The notes beneath the pieces are model-generated. The model was not told the origin of the DNA, did no database searches, and saw only the letters and a program-made list of their open reading frames with translations. Below are positions 1-10,082 of a stretch of DNA of 64,000 bases, in pieces. Numbering within the stretch: position 1 is the first letter of the stretch; every line of letters begins with the position of its first letter. The stretch covers positions 76,085 through 140,084 of the forward strand of contig QCKH01000001.1 of NCBI GenBank assembly GCA_003215475.1. Reading direction: 5' to 3'. The DNA is from Prochlorococcus sp. AG-409-L21 (GTDB lineage Bacteria > Cyanobacteriota > Cyanobacteriia > PCC-6307 > Cyanobiaceae). Both the position numbers and the translations under genes were made by a program.

Positions 1-1
1 C

Positions 2-1414
2 ATTCTTAGTGGAGGTCCTAGTTCGGTATATGAAAAAACAGCGCCAATGCCTGACCCAGCTATTTGGGATTTAGGCATTCCTATTTTGGGAGTTTGTTAT
101 GGGATGCAGGTCATGGTTAAGCAATTGGGAGGTAACGTAGAAGCAGCTATTGGTAAGGCTGAATATGGGAAAGCACATTTAGAAGTTGATGATCCAACTG
201 CATTGCTAACAAATGTAGATAGTGGTTCGACAATGTGGATGAGCCATGGTGACTCTGTAAAGCAACTTCCAGAAGGTTTTGTTCGATTAGCTCATACAAG
301 TAATACCCCTGACGCTGCAATAGCCTTGCATAGCCATCGCTTTTATGGAGTTCAGTTTCATCCAGAGGTTGTGCATTCGACGTTTGGGATGGTCATGATT
401 AGGAATTTTGTTTATACGATTTGCTCATGTCAGCCTGATTGGACTACTAATACTTTTATTGATGAAGCAATCAAAGATGTGAATTCAAAAGTTGGGAATA
501 AAAGAGTTTTGCTTGCATTATCTGGTGGAGTCGATTCATCAACGCTTGCATTTCTTTTAAAGAAAGCTATTGGTAATCAACTTACTTGTATGTTTATTGA
601 TCAAGGTTTTATGCGTAAAGGGGAACCAGAGTTTTTAATGGATTTCTTTGACAAGAAGTTTCATATTAATGTTGAATATATTAATGCTCGAGATCGCTTT
701 GTTAATAAATTAAAAGGGGTTACTGATCCTGAAATTAAGAGAAAGATTATAGGTACCGAATTTATTCGTGTTTTTGAAGAAGAAAGTGTTCGTTTAGGAC
801 CTTTTGATTATCTTGCACAAGGAACACTTTATCCTGATGTGATTGAAAGTGCTGGCACCAATATTGATCCAAAAACTGGTGAACGGGTCGCAGTTAAAAT
901 TAAGAGTCATCATAATGTTGGTGGATTACCTAAAGACTTGCAGTTTAAATTAGTTGAACCATTGAGGACTTTGTTTAAAGATGAGGTGAGAAAAGTTGGC
1001 CGATCTTTAGGTTTACCAGAGGAAATTGTTGGGCGTCACCCTTTTCCTGGTCCTGGTTTAGCTATTCGTATTTTAGGTGAAGTGACTAATGAAAAATTGA
1101 ATTGTCTTCGTGATGCAGATTTAATTGTTAGACAAGAAATAGCTCGTGCTGATTTATATCATGAAGTTTGGCAAGCTTTTGCTGTTTTATTACCAGTTCG
1201 TTCAGTAGGTGTAATGGGAGATCAACGTACCTATGCATGGCCAATTGTTCTAAGATGTGTTTCTAGTGAAGATGGTATGACAGCTGATTGGTCGCGTTTG
1301 CCATATTCTTTATTAGAAAAAATCTCAAACCGAATAGTGAATGAGGTCGCAGGGGTTAATAGGGTTGTCTTAGATATCACTAGCAAACCTCCGGGAACTA
1401 TAGAGTGGGAATAA
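2..1414 (+). CDS. guaA: GMP synthase (glutamine-hydrolysing), 5'-truncated by window edge
   Basis: Frame open from position 2 ([10 protein letters not shown]...); GATase motifs GVCYGMQ and QFHPEV, ATP-PPase LSGGVDSS, C-terminal KPPGTIEWE. Confidence 0.98.
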   Translation: MLSGGPSSVYEKTAPMPDPAIWDLGIPILGVCYGMQVMVKQLGGNVEAAIGKAEYGKAHLEVDDPTALLTNVDSGSTMWMSHGDSVKQLPEGFVRLAHTSNTPDAAIALHSHRFYGVQFHPEVVHSTFGMVMIRNFVYTICSCQPDWTTNTFIDEAIKDVNSKVGNKRVLLALSGGVDSSTLAFLLKKAIGNQLTCMFIDQGFMRKGEPEFLMDFFDKKFHINVEYINARDRFVNKLKGVTDPEIKRKIIGTEFIRVFEEESVRLGPFDYLAQGTLYPDVIESAGTNIDPKTGERVAVKIKSHHNVGGLPKDLQFKLVEPLRTLFKDEVRKVGRSLGLPEEIVGRHPFPGPGLAIRILGEVTNEKLNCLRDADLIVRQEIARADLYHEVWQAFAVLLPVRSVGVMGDQRTYAWPIVLRCVSSEDGMTADWSRLPYSLLEKISNRIVNEVAGVNRVVLDITSKPPGTIEWE

Positions 1415-1514
1415 TTCAGAATTCTTTTTACTGCTGTTAGGCACTATGTAATTCATTTGTGACTGGAAAATAGCTTTAAAATAGCTATTTTAGATTAGTT
1501 GCTTATAAATAACA

Positions 1515-2126
1515 TTGACTGTTGCTAATCAATCTGAATTGACTGTTGACCGTAGGCTGCAAAATGACAGCATAAAATTATCTGGAAAAACAATTTTCCT
1601 CAACCCTTTTTTGTATTGGCGTAGATTTGATACCAATACGGATCGTTGGTTGAGAGAACCAGGTCAAATTGGAGAAGAACAGATTGTTCTTAATCGAGCA
1701 AGGTTCTACCCTGAATTAGATTGGAATTTATTAGAAGAAGCTCAACGTCAGATTAAAGATGCTGCCGTTGAAATGTTTTTAAAAAGTCTGGAGTTGATCA
1801 GCACTTTTCATCCTGATTTAACAGCTGGGCAGTTGCTTGAGGTAGAGCGCAAAATGGCAGTTACGAAAAAGCGTGCTTTTGAAAAATGGGTTGAGAAGTC
1901 TTTTAGGCATCGTTTAAATCTAGAATCACAAGAAAGAAAACGTTTTGCCAGGGAACGTTTTTGGAGGGAATGGAGTGAATGGGTTAATCTTGAGACAACA
2001 CAAAAGGCTTTCCTTCCATTTGTCGCAGTTTGCTGTATTTCGGTATTTGGTGGATGGTCATTAGGTTTTGCTAGCAATAGTTGCACTCCCTATTTTTCCT
2101 CTACAAATAGCCCTGGAATGAATTAA
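1515..2126 (+). CDS. Conserved hypothetical protein with C-terminal hydrophobic segment
   Basis: 203-aa ORF, TTG start, co-oriented with guaA and mrdA; C-terminal TM-like stretch. Confidence 0.8.
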   Translation: MTVANQSELTVDRRLQNDSIKLSGKTIFLNPFLYWRRFDTNTDRWLREPGQIGEEQIVLNRARFYPELDWNLLEEAQRQIKDAAVEMFLKSLELISTFHPDLTAGQLLEVERKMAVTKKRAFEKWVEKSFRHRLNLESQERKRFARERFWREWSEWVNLETTQKAFLPFVAVCCISVFGGWSLGFASNSCTPYFSSTNSPGMN

Positions 2127-2135
2127 CCTTAAAAA

Positions 2136-2504
2136 ATGGTGTCTAATTCTCAAGTAGATAATTTTCATCTTTCCTTCATGGAAGATTTTCTGCCTGTAGG
2201 AATGGCAATTTTAGATAGAGCAAAGAAAGGTGGGGCTAGCAAAGTCTTTGAAGGTTTATCATCTGATAACCCTATGGCTAAACTGAGAGGGGAAGGCTCA
2301 GCATCGGCAAAATTAATTAGACAAAAATTAGATGAAATTAGTCCTGGGTTAGGTAATCCAGCTTTTGAGGTTGAAGTATCAGAAACACCTCCAGAAACCA
2401 ATTACTATTACTCATCAGATTATGATACATTAGCTCCCATTTTAAGAAGAATTGATGATAGATTGAATTTAATTAAATCTCATTTAGATGATCCAATAGA
2501 TTAA
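2136..2504 (+). CDS. Hypothetical protein
   Basis: 122-aa ORF in operon-like spacing between neighbours. Confidence 0.75.
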   Translation: MVSNSQVDNFHLSFMEDFLPVGMAILDRAKKGGASKVFEGLSSDNPMAKLRGEGSASAKLIRQKLDEISPGLGNPAFEVEVSETPPETNYYYSSDYDTLAPILRRIDDRLNLIKSHLDDPID

Positions 2505-2537
2505 GACTATGGACTTTATTTGAACTAGATTAGTGTT

Positions 2538-4328
2538 GTGAATAATCAATCTAATAAGAATTTTTCTATAACGATTCAGAGCAATATAATTTTCTTTTTA
2601 GTGCTAATATTATTTTCTTTGATTTCAGGCCGACTTTTTTGGTTGCAAGTCATCCAAGGGTCTTTTTATAAGAGGCTTGCTAATGAAAATCGTATTCGCT
2701 TAATCTCGAATCCTCCAATTAGAGGAAGGATTTTAGATTCTAATGGTAATTTATTAGCAGATAATAAACTGAGATTTTCTTTAATACTTCAGCCCCATTT
2801 AATTAGTAAAAATGACTGGCCTAAATTATCCAGAAGATTATCAGAATTGCTTGATATCAATTTTCAATCTCTTAGGGATTCGTTTGAACGTGGATTGGAA
2901 GGAAATCAATTTAGTATTGTTTTAATTGAGAATATGTCACAAAAACAGGTATTACGTTTTCAAGAGCAAGAAAGAGTTTTTAAGGGTCTGCAAATTAATA
3001 TTCAATCCATTCGCAATTATCCATACAAAAATCGAGCTTCACATGTTCTTGGTTATACGCAATTAATCACTAGAAAGGAATATAAAAAACTTTCAAAACA
3101 TGGTTATAAGATGAAGGATTTAATTGGTCGCAGTGGAATTGAAGCTGCTTTTGAAGGTCATTTACGTGGAGAATGGGGAGGTGAAATGTTGGAAGTTGAT
3201 TCTATAGGAAATATTCAACGTAGCCTTGGTTATCGCTCTCCAAAAGCAGGTAAGGATCTTGTATTAACACTAGACTTTGAATTACAAAATGCTGCCGAGA
3301 AGGCGCTAGAAGAGAAATCAGCTGGAGCAATAGTTGCGTTAGATCCAAAGACAGGGGCTATTAAAGCAATGGCTAGTAAACCAAACTTTGATCCTAATTT
3401 TTTTACGAAACAAGTTAGAACAGAAAAAGAGTATGAAACTATTTTTTTATCTGCTCAAAGACCTTTATTCAGTCGAGCTGTAAATGCTTATGACCCTGGA
3501 AGTACATGGAAGATTGTAACTGGTATGGCTGGCATGGAAACAGGTAAATTTAAATCTGATGTACGTTTGAAAACCGAGGCTTGTATTCAATATGGTGGCC
3601 ATTGTTTTCCGGAACATAATCGTCAAGGATGGGGCACAATAGGTTATGAAGATGCGTTTCGAGTTTCTAGCAATACTTTTTTTTATCAAGTAGGTGTTGG
3701 TGTTGGGATTAAAAACTTATATGCTACTGCTCTAAAATTAGGCTTTAATAATCTCACTGGTATTGAAATTGCACAGGAAGAAAGCAAAGGTTTTGTTGGT
3801 AATGCAGAGTGGGCTGCTAGGGGAAGGGGTTGGGCACGACCTGGAACAACACCTTGGATACCAGAAGATATTGCTAGTGCATCAATAGGTCAAGCTGTTG
3901 TGCAAGTCACACCACTGCAGCTTGCACGAGCATATGCAGTGTTTGCAAATGGTGGTTATTTAATTACTCCTCATTTAGTTGATGGAGATATTGATTGGCT
4001 ATCTTCTAAATATCGACAAAAAGTAGATATTCAAGCGAGCACATTAAATACAATTAGAGAGGGCTTACGTAAGGTGATTGAATCGGGTACTGGGAGAAGT
4101 TTAAAATGGGATTTGCCTAACTTTCCTCCTCTAGCAGGAAAAACAGGGACAGCTGAAGATAGTACTGGTGGAAAGGATCACGCATGGTTTGCATGTTTTG
4201 CTCCTTATCAAGATCCTGAAATTGTTATTGTTGCTTTCGCTCAGAATACCCCTGGAGGAGGTTCTGTACATGCATTACCTATGGCTCAGCAAATTCTTCA
4301 AGCATGGCAACTTAATGATCAAAAATAG
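2538..4328 (+). CDS. mrdA: Penicillin-binding protein 2 (class B transpeptidase)
   Basis: N-terminal TM anchor, RGRILD, GRSGIE; transpeptidase motifs PGSTWK (SxxK), SSN, KTGTAE. Confidence 0.93.
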   Translation: MNNQSNKNFSITIQSNIIFFLVLILFSLISGRLFWLQVIQGSFYKRLANENRIRLISNPPIRGRILDSNGNLLADNKLRFSLILQPHLISKNDWPKLSRRLSELLDINFQSLRDSFERGLEGNQFSIVLIENMSQKQVLRFQEQERVFKGLQINIQSIRNYPYKNRASHVLGYTQLITRKEYKKLSKHGYKMKDLIGRSGIEAAFEGHLRGEWGGEMLEVDSIGNIQRSLGYRSPKAGKDLVLTLDFELQNAAEKALEEKSAGAIVALDPKTGAIKAMASKPNFDPNFFTKQVRTEKEYETIFLSAQRPLFSRAVNAYDPGSTWKIVTGMAGMETGKFKSDVRLKTEACIQYGGHCFPEHNRQGWGTIGYEDAFRVSSNTFFYQVGVGVGIKNLYATALKLGFNNLTGIEIAQEESKGFVGNAEWAARGRGWARPGTTPWIPEDIASASIGQAVVQVTPLQLARAYAVFANGGYLITPHLVDGDIDWLSSKYRQKVDIQASTLNTIREGLRKVIESGTGRSLKWDLPNFPPLAGKTGTAEDSTGGKDHAWFACFAPYQDPEIVIVAFAQNTPGGGSVHALPMAQQILQAWQLNDQK

Positions 4329-4385
4329 AAAATGAACTTTCAATATTTGGATGAGCTTTAATTTAGCTATTTAACCCCTCTCAAC

Positions 4386-4667
4386 TTAAGCAGCTTCTAA
4401 ATGATCTTGAGATTTGAGAAGTTTGGCATCTAATATTTGCTTTGCCTCTTTTAAAGAACAAATTTTTGTTCTAAATGGGAGCAAAATAAGAGGACTTTGT
4501 TCTTGCCTGATTAACCAACTTTGATTGTGTTGTTCTATTAGAAGGAATCCTTTGTACCGAATTATTGAGGGAGAATGAAAAAAAAAGTTGTTTTGATTAG
4601 GAATGGATTGATCAACCATGCCTAGCTTTATAGTATTGAACAATATATGTAGTGTAGCATTAATCAA
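4386..4667 (-). CDS. Small hypothetical protein (true start possibly ATG near 4619)
   Basis: 93-aa ORF filling the gap between mrdA and the FMN reductase gene. Confidence 0.6.
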   Translation of the reverse strand: MINATLHILFNTIKLGMVDQSIPNQNNFFFHSPSIIRYKGFLLIEQHNQSWLIRQEQSPLILLPFRTKICSLKEAKQILDAKLLKSQDHLEAA

Positions 4668-4838
4668 TGCAAATTTTAAAGTGTTGATGAAATTGGCGTC
4701 ACTTTTATTGCTTCAAGACCTAATTTTATGTTATAGCAATACTTCTGTAGCTGGATTTCTTTGAAAATTCAATTTTTTGATCAGGTCAGTTGATTTTTTG
4801 TAAACCTATATGTGGTGTAGATGGCTAAGAAATAATGT

Positions 4839-5363
4839 TCAAACATTTAAGTGTTTTGTTTGAATTAATCTGTTTAAGATGTCTTCTATAGATTCATCTT
4901 TTGGGAGGTTTTGCGCATTGCAAGCTAAATGTCTTCCAACAACTTGAGCACCGAGATGCGTCAGTTGTATACGCATAGATATGAGTAATTCCATGCAACC
5001 ACCTCCTGAGAAACTTGCCATTGCAATAGGTCTACCGTTAAATAATTTTCTAAAATCTTGTTCTTGTACAGAAAGCCAGGCAATTGCATTGGTTAAAACA
5101 GGTGGAATTGATCCGTTATACTCTGGTGCACAAATCACCCAATGTGAATGAGAGCCCATTTTAGCTTGTAGATTTTCTATCGATGCCGGAATTCCTAGTT
5201 CCGCGTGTTTTTTGGGACTAAAAAGAGGAAGGTCAACCTTGGTTAAGTCAAGTAATTCAGTGGTTTTTCCTAGTTGTTTTCCCATTGAAGAGAATCTTTT
5301 GGCAAGCTTTAGATTTTCTCCATCACTAGCAGTAATGATTAGTAGGTTTTGTGCAGAATCCAT
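4839..5363 (-). CDS. NADPH-dependent FMN reductase family flavoprotein
   Basis: APEYNGSIPPVLTNAIAW and SFSGGG motifs; downstream of the flavodiiron pair. Confidence 0.9.
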   Translation of the reverse strand: MDSAQNLLIITASDGENLKLAKRFSSMGKQLGKTTELLDLTKVDLPLFSPKKHAELGIPASIENLQAKMGSHSHWVICAPEYNGSIPPVLTNAIAWLSVQEQDFRKLFNGRPIAMASFSGGGCMELLISMRIQLTHLGAQVVGRHLACNAQNLPKDESIEDILNRLIQTKHLNV

Positions 5364-5411
5364 TTCTTAGTTGTAAATCAGTTATTTAGGTAGGTTTATC
5401 AGATTTTATGA

Positions 5412-7298
5412 TTAATAATTTGCTCCTGTGCGACGATGGTGTATAGCTGTAATGCCATTTTGATCAAGGACTTTGCCATGTAGCACTTCCGCATAAATAA
5501 GCCAATGGTCCCCACATTCCATCCTTTGCTTAACACAACCTTCTATCCATGCTAATGCTTCTGGAAGAATAGGTTGTTCTCCTGGACTGGTTATCAGATT
5601 AAGTCCCTTTAATCGATCTGCTCCTGGTGAAAAAGGTTGAAGAAATTGTTTTAATAGTTTTTGGTAGTTTTTCTCGTTGAGAAGATTTAAGGCAAACAGA
5701 TCCCCATTATGGAGCAGAGTTTCGACGGCTCTATCTTTGGCTACAGCAATTGTGATCCCAGGAGGAGTAAAACTAGCTTGGCTAATCCAACTAGCTATCA
5801 TTGCACCATTTATATTACTGTCGTCTTCTTGTTTCTGGGCGGTCAAAACAGATAAGGAGCCAACTATTTTTCCTAGCGCTAATAATGCAGGATCGCTTTT
5901 TGTAATACTTATACCTCCAGTAAGTTGACGTTTTTGACGATTCTCTGCCTGAATTAGTTTACGACCAAACTTTGTACCAGTTTCCTCTAAGATTTTTAAC
6001 ATTTCAACATTGGGACTAAATTTTATTTTTATAGGTTCGAAACCAAATTCAAAGCCCCCATCACGTAACTTATTTTCTAAAAGATCTATTGCTTCCCCAC
6101 TCCACCCATAACTACCGAAGATACCGACAGGCTTTTGTTTATTTCCTTCTGCTAGTAGAATACCTAATGCTGAAATAATTGGCGTTGGCGCATGTCCACC
6201 GAGAGTTGGTGATCCAATTAAATAAGCATCTGCTGTTTTTATTGCAACTAATAATTCCTCGGAAGAAGTAAATTCACAATTGAGACTTTTTACATTAATT
6301 CCTGTGGAACTAATTCCTTTTGCGAGAGTATCAGCAATAGCTGCAGTATTTCCATACGCACTGGCAAAGAGAAGAACAATATTTATAGAAGCTTTGCTTT
6401 GTTGATCGCCCCATCTTTGATAATCATTCATTAAACTACGCCAACTACTATCAATTGCTGGTCCATGGCTCGGTGCAATTGAAGTAATATCAAGTGATTC
6501 AAGTTTTTCTATAATTCTGATTACTTGGCTAACTATCGGAGTCATAAGACAGTCGAAATAATGTCGACGCTCATCGTCTGTGCTACTTCGATTTTTTTCA
6601 GACCACTCTGCTGTACAAATATGAGCACCAAAAAGTTTGTCACTCATAAGTAAACCTGTTTTTTCTTCAAAGGCGATTAGCCCACCAGGCCAACGGGCTG
6701 TTGGCGCAGGTATCAATGTTAATTTATAGTTATTTAGGATTGAAATAGACTGCTCTTGCTTGATGAGTTGGAGTTCTGGTATTAATGGAATTGGTATATT
6801 CACTTTATTTTTTGGACGTATGAGGCTTTTCCAAAGCGCTTGAAAAACTAACTTTTTTGATTTTTTCTTGTTGTTAATAGTTGGTTTTGAAGGTTTGACT
6901 TGATTCCACAGTTCTTTAAGTAATTTTGCACCTGGATTTGAGCAAATAATTTTTAGATTCTTAAACTCTATTGCTAGTTCTCTAAGAAGGCTAACTCGGT
7001 TTGGGTTGATATGACCCGTAACAACTAATAGCTCTGTAATCTCTGTAGATACAATTTCTTTTAAGGCAGGTAAGAAAATTTCTTTGAAATTTTCTCCAGG
7101 AGGATTTACTAGAACAGCAGTCGATTCATTGCTTTCAAAAAATAAAAACGTATTAGACGTTGTTCCTTTTCCTAAGGAATATTCAATTTCGAATCTTAAT
7201 TTTTTTGGGCTTAAACATCTAATAGATGAGAATCCGTCTGCAATAGGTAAACATATAAGTTGTTTTTCTGTTGTTTTCTTAGATGTACGCTGGTTCAT
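5412..7298 (-). CDS. flv1: Flavodiiron protein, Flv1-type (non-canonical iron ligands)
   Basis: Metallo-beta-lactamase + flavodoxin (SAYGNT) + flavin reductase domains; GHINPNR replaces HxExDH. Confidence 0.88.
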   Translation of the reverse strand: MNQRTSKKTTEKQLICLPIADGFSSIRCLSPKKLRFEIEYSLGKGTTSNTFLFFESNESTAVLVNPPGENFKEIFLPALKEIVSTEITELLVVTGHINPNRVSLLRELAIEFKNLKIICSNPGAKLLKELWNQVKPSKPTINNKKKSKKLVFQALWKSLIRPKNKVNIPIPLIPELQLIKQEQSISILNNYKLTLIPAPTARWPGGLIAFEEKTGLLMSDKLFGAHICTAEWSEKNRSSTDDERRHYFDCLMTPIVSQVIRIIEKLESLDITSIAPSHGPAIDSSWRSLMNDYQRWGDQQSKASINIVLLFASAYGNTAAIADTLAKGISSTGINVKSLNCEFTSSEELLVAIKTADAYLIGSPTLGGHAPTPIISALGILLAEGNKQKPVGIFGSYGWSGEAIDLLENKLRDGGFEFGFEPIKIKFSPNVEMLKILEETGTKFGRKLIQAENRQKRQLTGGISITKSDPALLALGKIVGSLSVLTAQKQEDDSNINGAMIASWISQASFTPPGITIAVAKDRAVETLLHNGDLFALNLLNEKNYQKLLKQFLQPFSPGADRLKGLNLITSPGEQPILPEALAWIEGCVKQRMECGDHWLIYAEVLHGKVLDQNGITAIHHRRTGANY

Positions 7299-7299
7299 G

Positions 7300-9072
7300 T
7301 TAATAATATGTTCCTACTTTGCGATGATGTACAGCTGTCTTTGCGTCTGGATTAGAAATATTACCTTTTTCAACTTGTGCATAGATGATCCAGTGGTCCG
7401 TAGTTTCTAGACGTTGTTTTACAAAACAATCTAAATAAGCAAGTGCATCTTGTAAGACAGGACCACCTTTAGCGGCATTTTCTATGATAGAAATATTTTT
7501 AAAACGATCAGCACCTGGAGGAAATCTTTTGAGAAATTGCTTAAATAATTGCTGATAATTATTTTCTTCTAACACATTTAAAACAAAATAATCACCTACT
7601 TGCATGAGTGTTTCGATTGCACGATCCTTTGCAACTGCAACTGTTAAACCAGGAGGTTTAAAACTTGCTTGACTAACCCAGCTTGCAACCATAGCACCTT
7701 GACGTTGATTTGGGCCATCACCTTGACTGGCAGTAACGACATATAATCCTCCGCTGATTCGCCCCATTGCTTTCATTAGATCTCCATCTATGCTTTTAAT
7801 AGATGCAATATTTTTTTTAAGATTTAGTAATTGTCCAAGATCTGTACCAGCTTCCTCAAATTGTTGCAAAGTTTTAGCATCAGGTGCTTGCTTAACTCTT
7901 AAAGGTGAGAAAGCTTCTTTTTGTCCAAGATCTCTTAATTTCTTGGCAATAACATCAATTGGCTCATCATTTTTCCCATAACTTTCATATACGGCTACCC
8001 ATTGAGTTGTTTTTATAGCGGCTAGTAAAGTTCCTATTGCATTTTGAAGCTCTGTATCTATTTGGTTGCCCCATGTAGGAACAATGACTGCTTTTGCCTC
8101 TCCAATGAGAGCACTTAGTTCCTGAGCATCAGTTGCTCTTATGTCAATTAGCTGGATTTCTGCGTTTGCTTTACTTGCTCCTAGGGCAATAGCCTGACTA
8201 AGTTGATCACAGGATCCGTATTGACTGATATAGCAAATCGCAGCATATCCTTCTCCTTTATTTCTTTGACTACTCCATTCCTGATAGTTGTTGAGCCACA
8301 GTTCGATATTGTGACGTAATAATGGGCCATGTCCTACAGCAATTGTATTGATAGTTGGTAACTTTTTAATTCGTTTTAGAGCTTGGATAACACTTCGTGC
8401 ATTTGGTCCCATTAAGCAATCGTAGTAGTAACGAAAATCCGGTAGGATAAGATCCGCATTGAGATCGAACAGTTCATCTGTGCAGAAATGAAGTCCAAAA
8501 GCATCACATGTGTATAAAACGCTTGTCGCATGATCAAATGAGAAAATTGTATCTGGCCAATGCAGATTGGGAGCACTGAAAAATTCAATTTGGTGATGGA
8601 TAGAATTCGATGGATTAATTCCTAAATCAAGATTGTCGCCTGTTTTTATCGTTGTTGATTTAAATGGCTTATGAACTTGGTTTTCTAAAAACTGGATCGC
8701 TACTTTTGATCCAACAATTTCAATGTTGTTATTTAAATCAAGAATATCGCTAATTAAGCCTGAATGATCTGGCTCTGTATGGCTGACTATTAGATAATCA
8801 ATTGTTTGAGGATCAACTTGCTCTTTTAGGGTCTTCAACCAAGTTTCTTTAAATTTTGCATGACTGGTATCAATTAAGGCTTTCTTTTTTCCTTCAATAA
8901 TAAAACTGTTATATGTTGTTCCATTTCTTAAACCAAATTCAATATCAAAACGACTGCGCTCCCAATCGAGAGAACGAATTGTTGTGGTATTAGGTGCGAT
9001 AGATTCGCATTGGAGAGATAGCCTAGTGCTTACTGTTGCTTCATCGATAACGTTTTTTGATTTGGGCTCCAT
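7300..9072 (-). CDS. flv3: Flavodiiron protein, Flv3-type
   Basis: GTTYNSF, SHTEPDH, HWPD, DAFG, GHGP di-iron motifs; C-terminal flavin reductase domain. Confidence 0.88.
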   Translation of the reverse strand: MEPKSKNVIDEATVSTRLSLQCESIAPNTTTIRSLDWERSRFDIEFGLRNGTTYNSFIIEGKKKALIDTSHAKFKETWLKTLKEQVDPQTIDYLIVSHTEPDHSGLISDILDLNNNIEIVGSKVAIQFLENQVHKPFKSTTIKTGDNLDLGINPSNSIHHQIEFFSAPNLHWPDTIFSFDHATSVLYTCDAFGLHFCTDELFDLNADLILPDFRYYYDCLMGPNARSVIQALKRIKKLPTINTIAVGHGPLLRHNIELWLNNYQEWSSQRNKGEGYAAICYISQYGSCDQLSQAIALGASKANAEIQLIDIRATDAQELSALIGEAKAVIVPTWGNQIDTELQNAIGTLLAAIKTTQWVAVYESYGKNDEPIDVIAKKLRDLGQKEAFSPLRVKQAPDAKTLQQFEEAGTDLGQLLNLKKNIASIKSIDGDLMKAMGRISGGLYVVTASQGDGPNQRQGAMVASWVSQASFKPPGLTVAVAKDRAIETLMQVGDYFVLNVLEENNYQQLFKQFLKRFPPGADRFKNISIIENAAKGGPVLQDALAYLDCFVKQRLETTDHWIIYAQVEKGNISNPDAKTAVHHRKVGTYY

Positions 9073-9203
9073 AAATTAAATTCTCCCATCTTGACTAATA
9101 TTGTAAGTAGGTCAAGTCAGCATATGAGAGTTGTTTAAATCAAAGATACTATTAGAAACTCTTCAATACTGGTTAATTTTATTTCCTAATCAGTAGTTAT
9201 TTC

Positions 9204-10076
9204 TTACCTTTTGATTGACATTGCATGCAACATAGCTTGTTGAGCTTGAATGTCCCGATGTGATATTAAATTTGCAATAAATGTATTATGCGATTCAGGA
9301 CATTTCGGGTCTTTTGCTAATGGTAACTCTCCTGCCAGCAAAACATCTGAACTTTTGTCTGTTGATGGTGTAATTACTACTAAATCATCATCTAAGGTTT
9401 TTTCGTATGACCACCAAAAATTGGGTTTATATTTGATTGCAATTCTTTCAGATTGCTTATTAATTATATTAGATGGAAGAATTGACTTAGTATCTTTTAC
9501 TTTCTTTTCCTTATGTATAATACTTCTCTGGTGAATAATATCGGATAACAGACTGCTTTTATCTCTTCCACGTAATTGAAAGAGAATAAAAGGATCTTCT
9601 TTAAATTGATCTCCCATTAAGAAATAAATAGCACTGATATGTTTGCATGGATTTGCTTGATCTGGACAGCTACACTCACTTTTCACTTCTTGAAGATTGA
9701 AAGGAAAGAGCCTTTTCCCAGTAGTAGCAAATGCCTTTTCAATATCCTTTGGCATCACTCCTGCTAATAATTGTGCAGACCATTTTGCCTTTTTCGCTAA
9801 TGCTTCGATTACATATCTCCAATCTTCTTCCTCGAGAATATCTAACCAAAGCTTTATTTTATAGGGCTGTTTTTCAGTGCCTTGTACTCTTGCATGAACC
9901 CTACGACCTTCAAAACGTATTGAAGTGACATTGCCTTCTCTCGCATAGTTCCAGGCTCGTGCTAGGCGCTTTTTGTAGCGATAAGTATTTATCAGTTCCA
10001 TCCATTGTTCGACCCACCATGATTGCTCTCCGAGCCCTTCTGTTCCTAATTCTGTTGTTATTTCAGAATCGGTCAT
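9204..10076 (-). CDS. SWIM zinc-finger protein
   Basis: CSCPD-x4-CKH SWIM motif, DPFILFQLRG; directly downstream of the SNF2 gene. Confidence 0.9.
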   Translation of the reverse strand: MTDSEITTELGTEGLGEQSWWVEQWMELINTYRYKKRLARAWNYAREGNVTSIRFEGRRVHARVQGTEKQPYKIKLWLDILEEEDWRYVIEALAKKAKWSAQLLAGVMPKDIEKAFATTGKRLFPFNLQEVKSECSCPDQANPCKHISAIYFLMGDQFKEDPFILFQLRGRDKSSLLSDIIHQRSIIHKEKKVKDTKSILPSNIINKQSERIAIKYKPNFWWSYEKTLDDDLVVITPSTDKSSDVLLAGELPLAKDPKCPESHNTFIANLISHRDIQAQQAMLHAMSIKR

Positions 10077-10082
10077 CGTTGC

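Noticed and set aside
9090-9116. cttgac-N15-gtcaag dyad upstream of flv3 as an FNR/CRP site
   Set aside because: Spacer far longer than the 4-6 bp of that family; 6-bp arms can arise by chance
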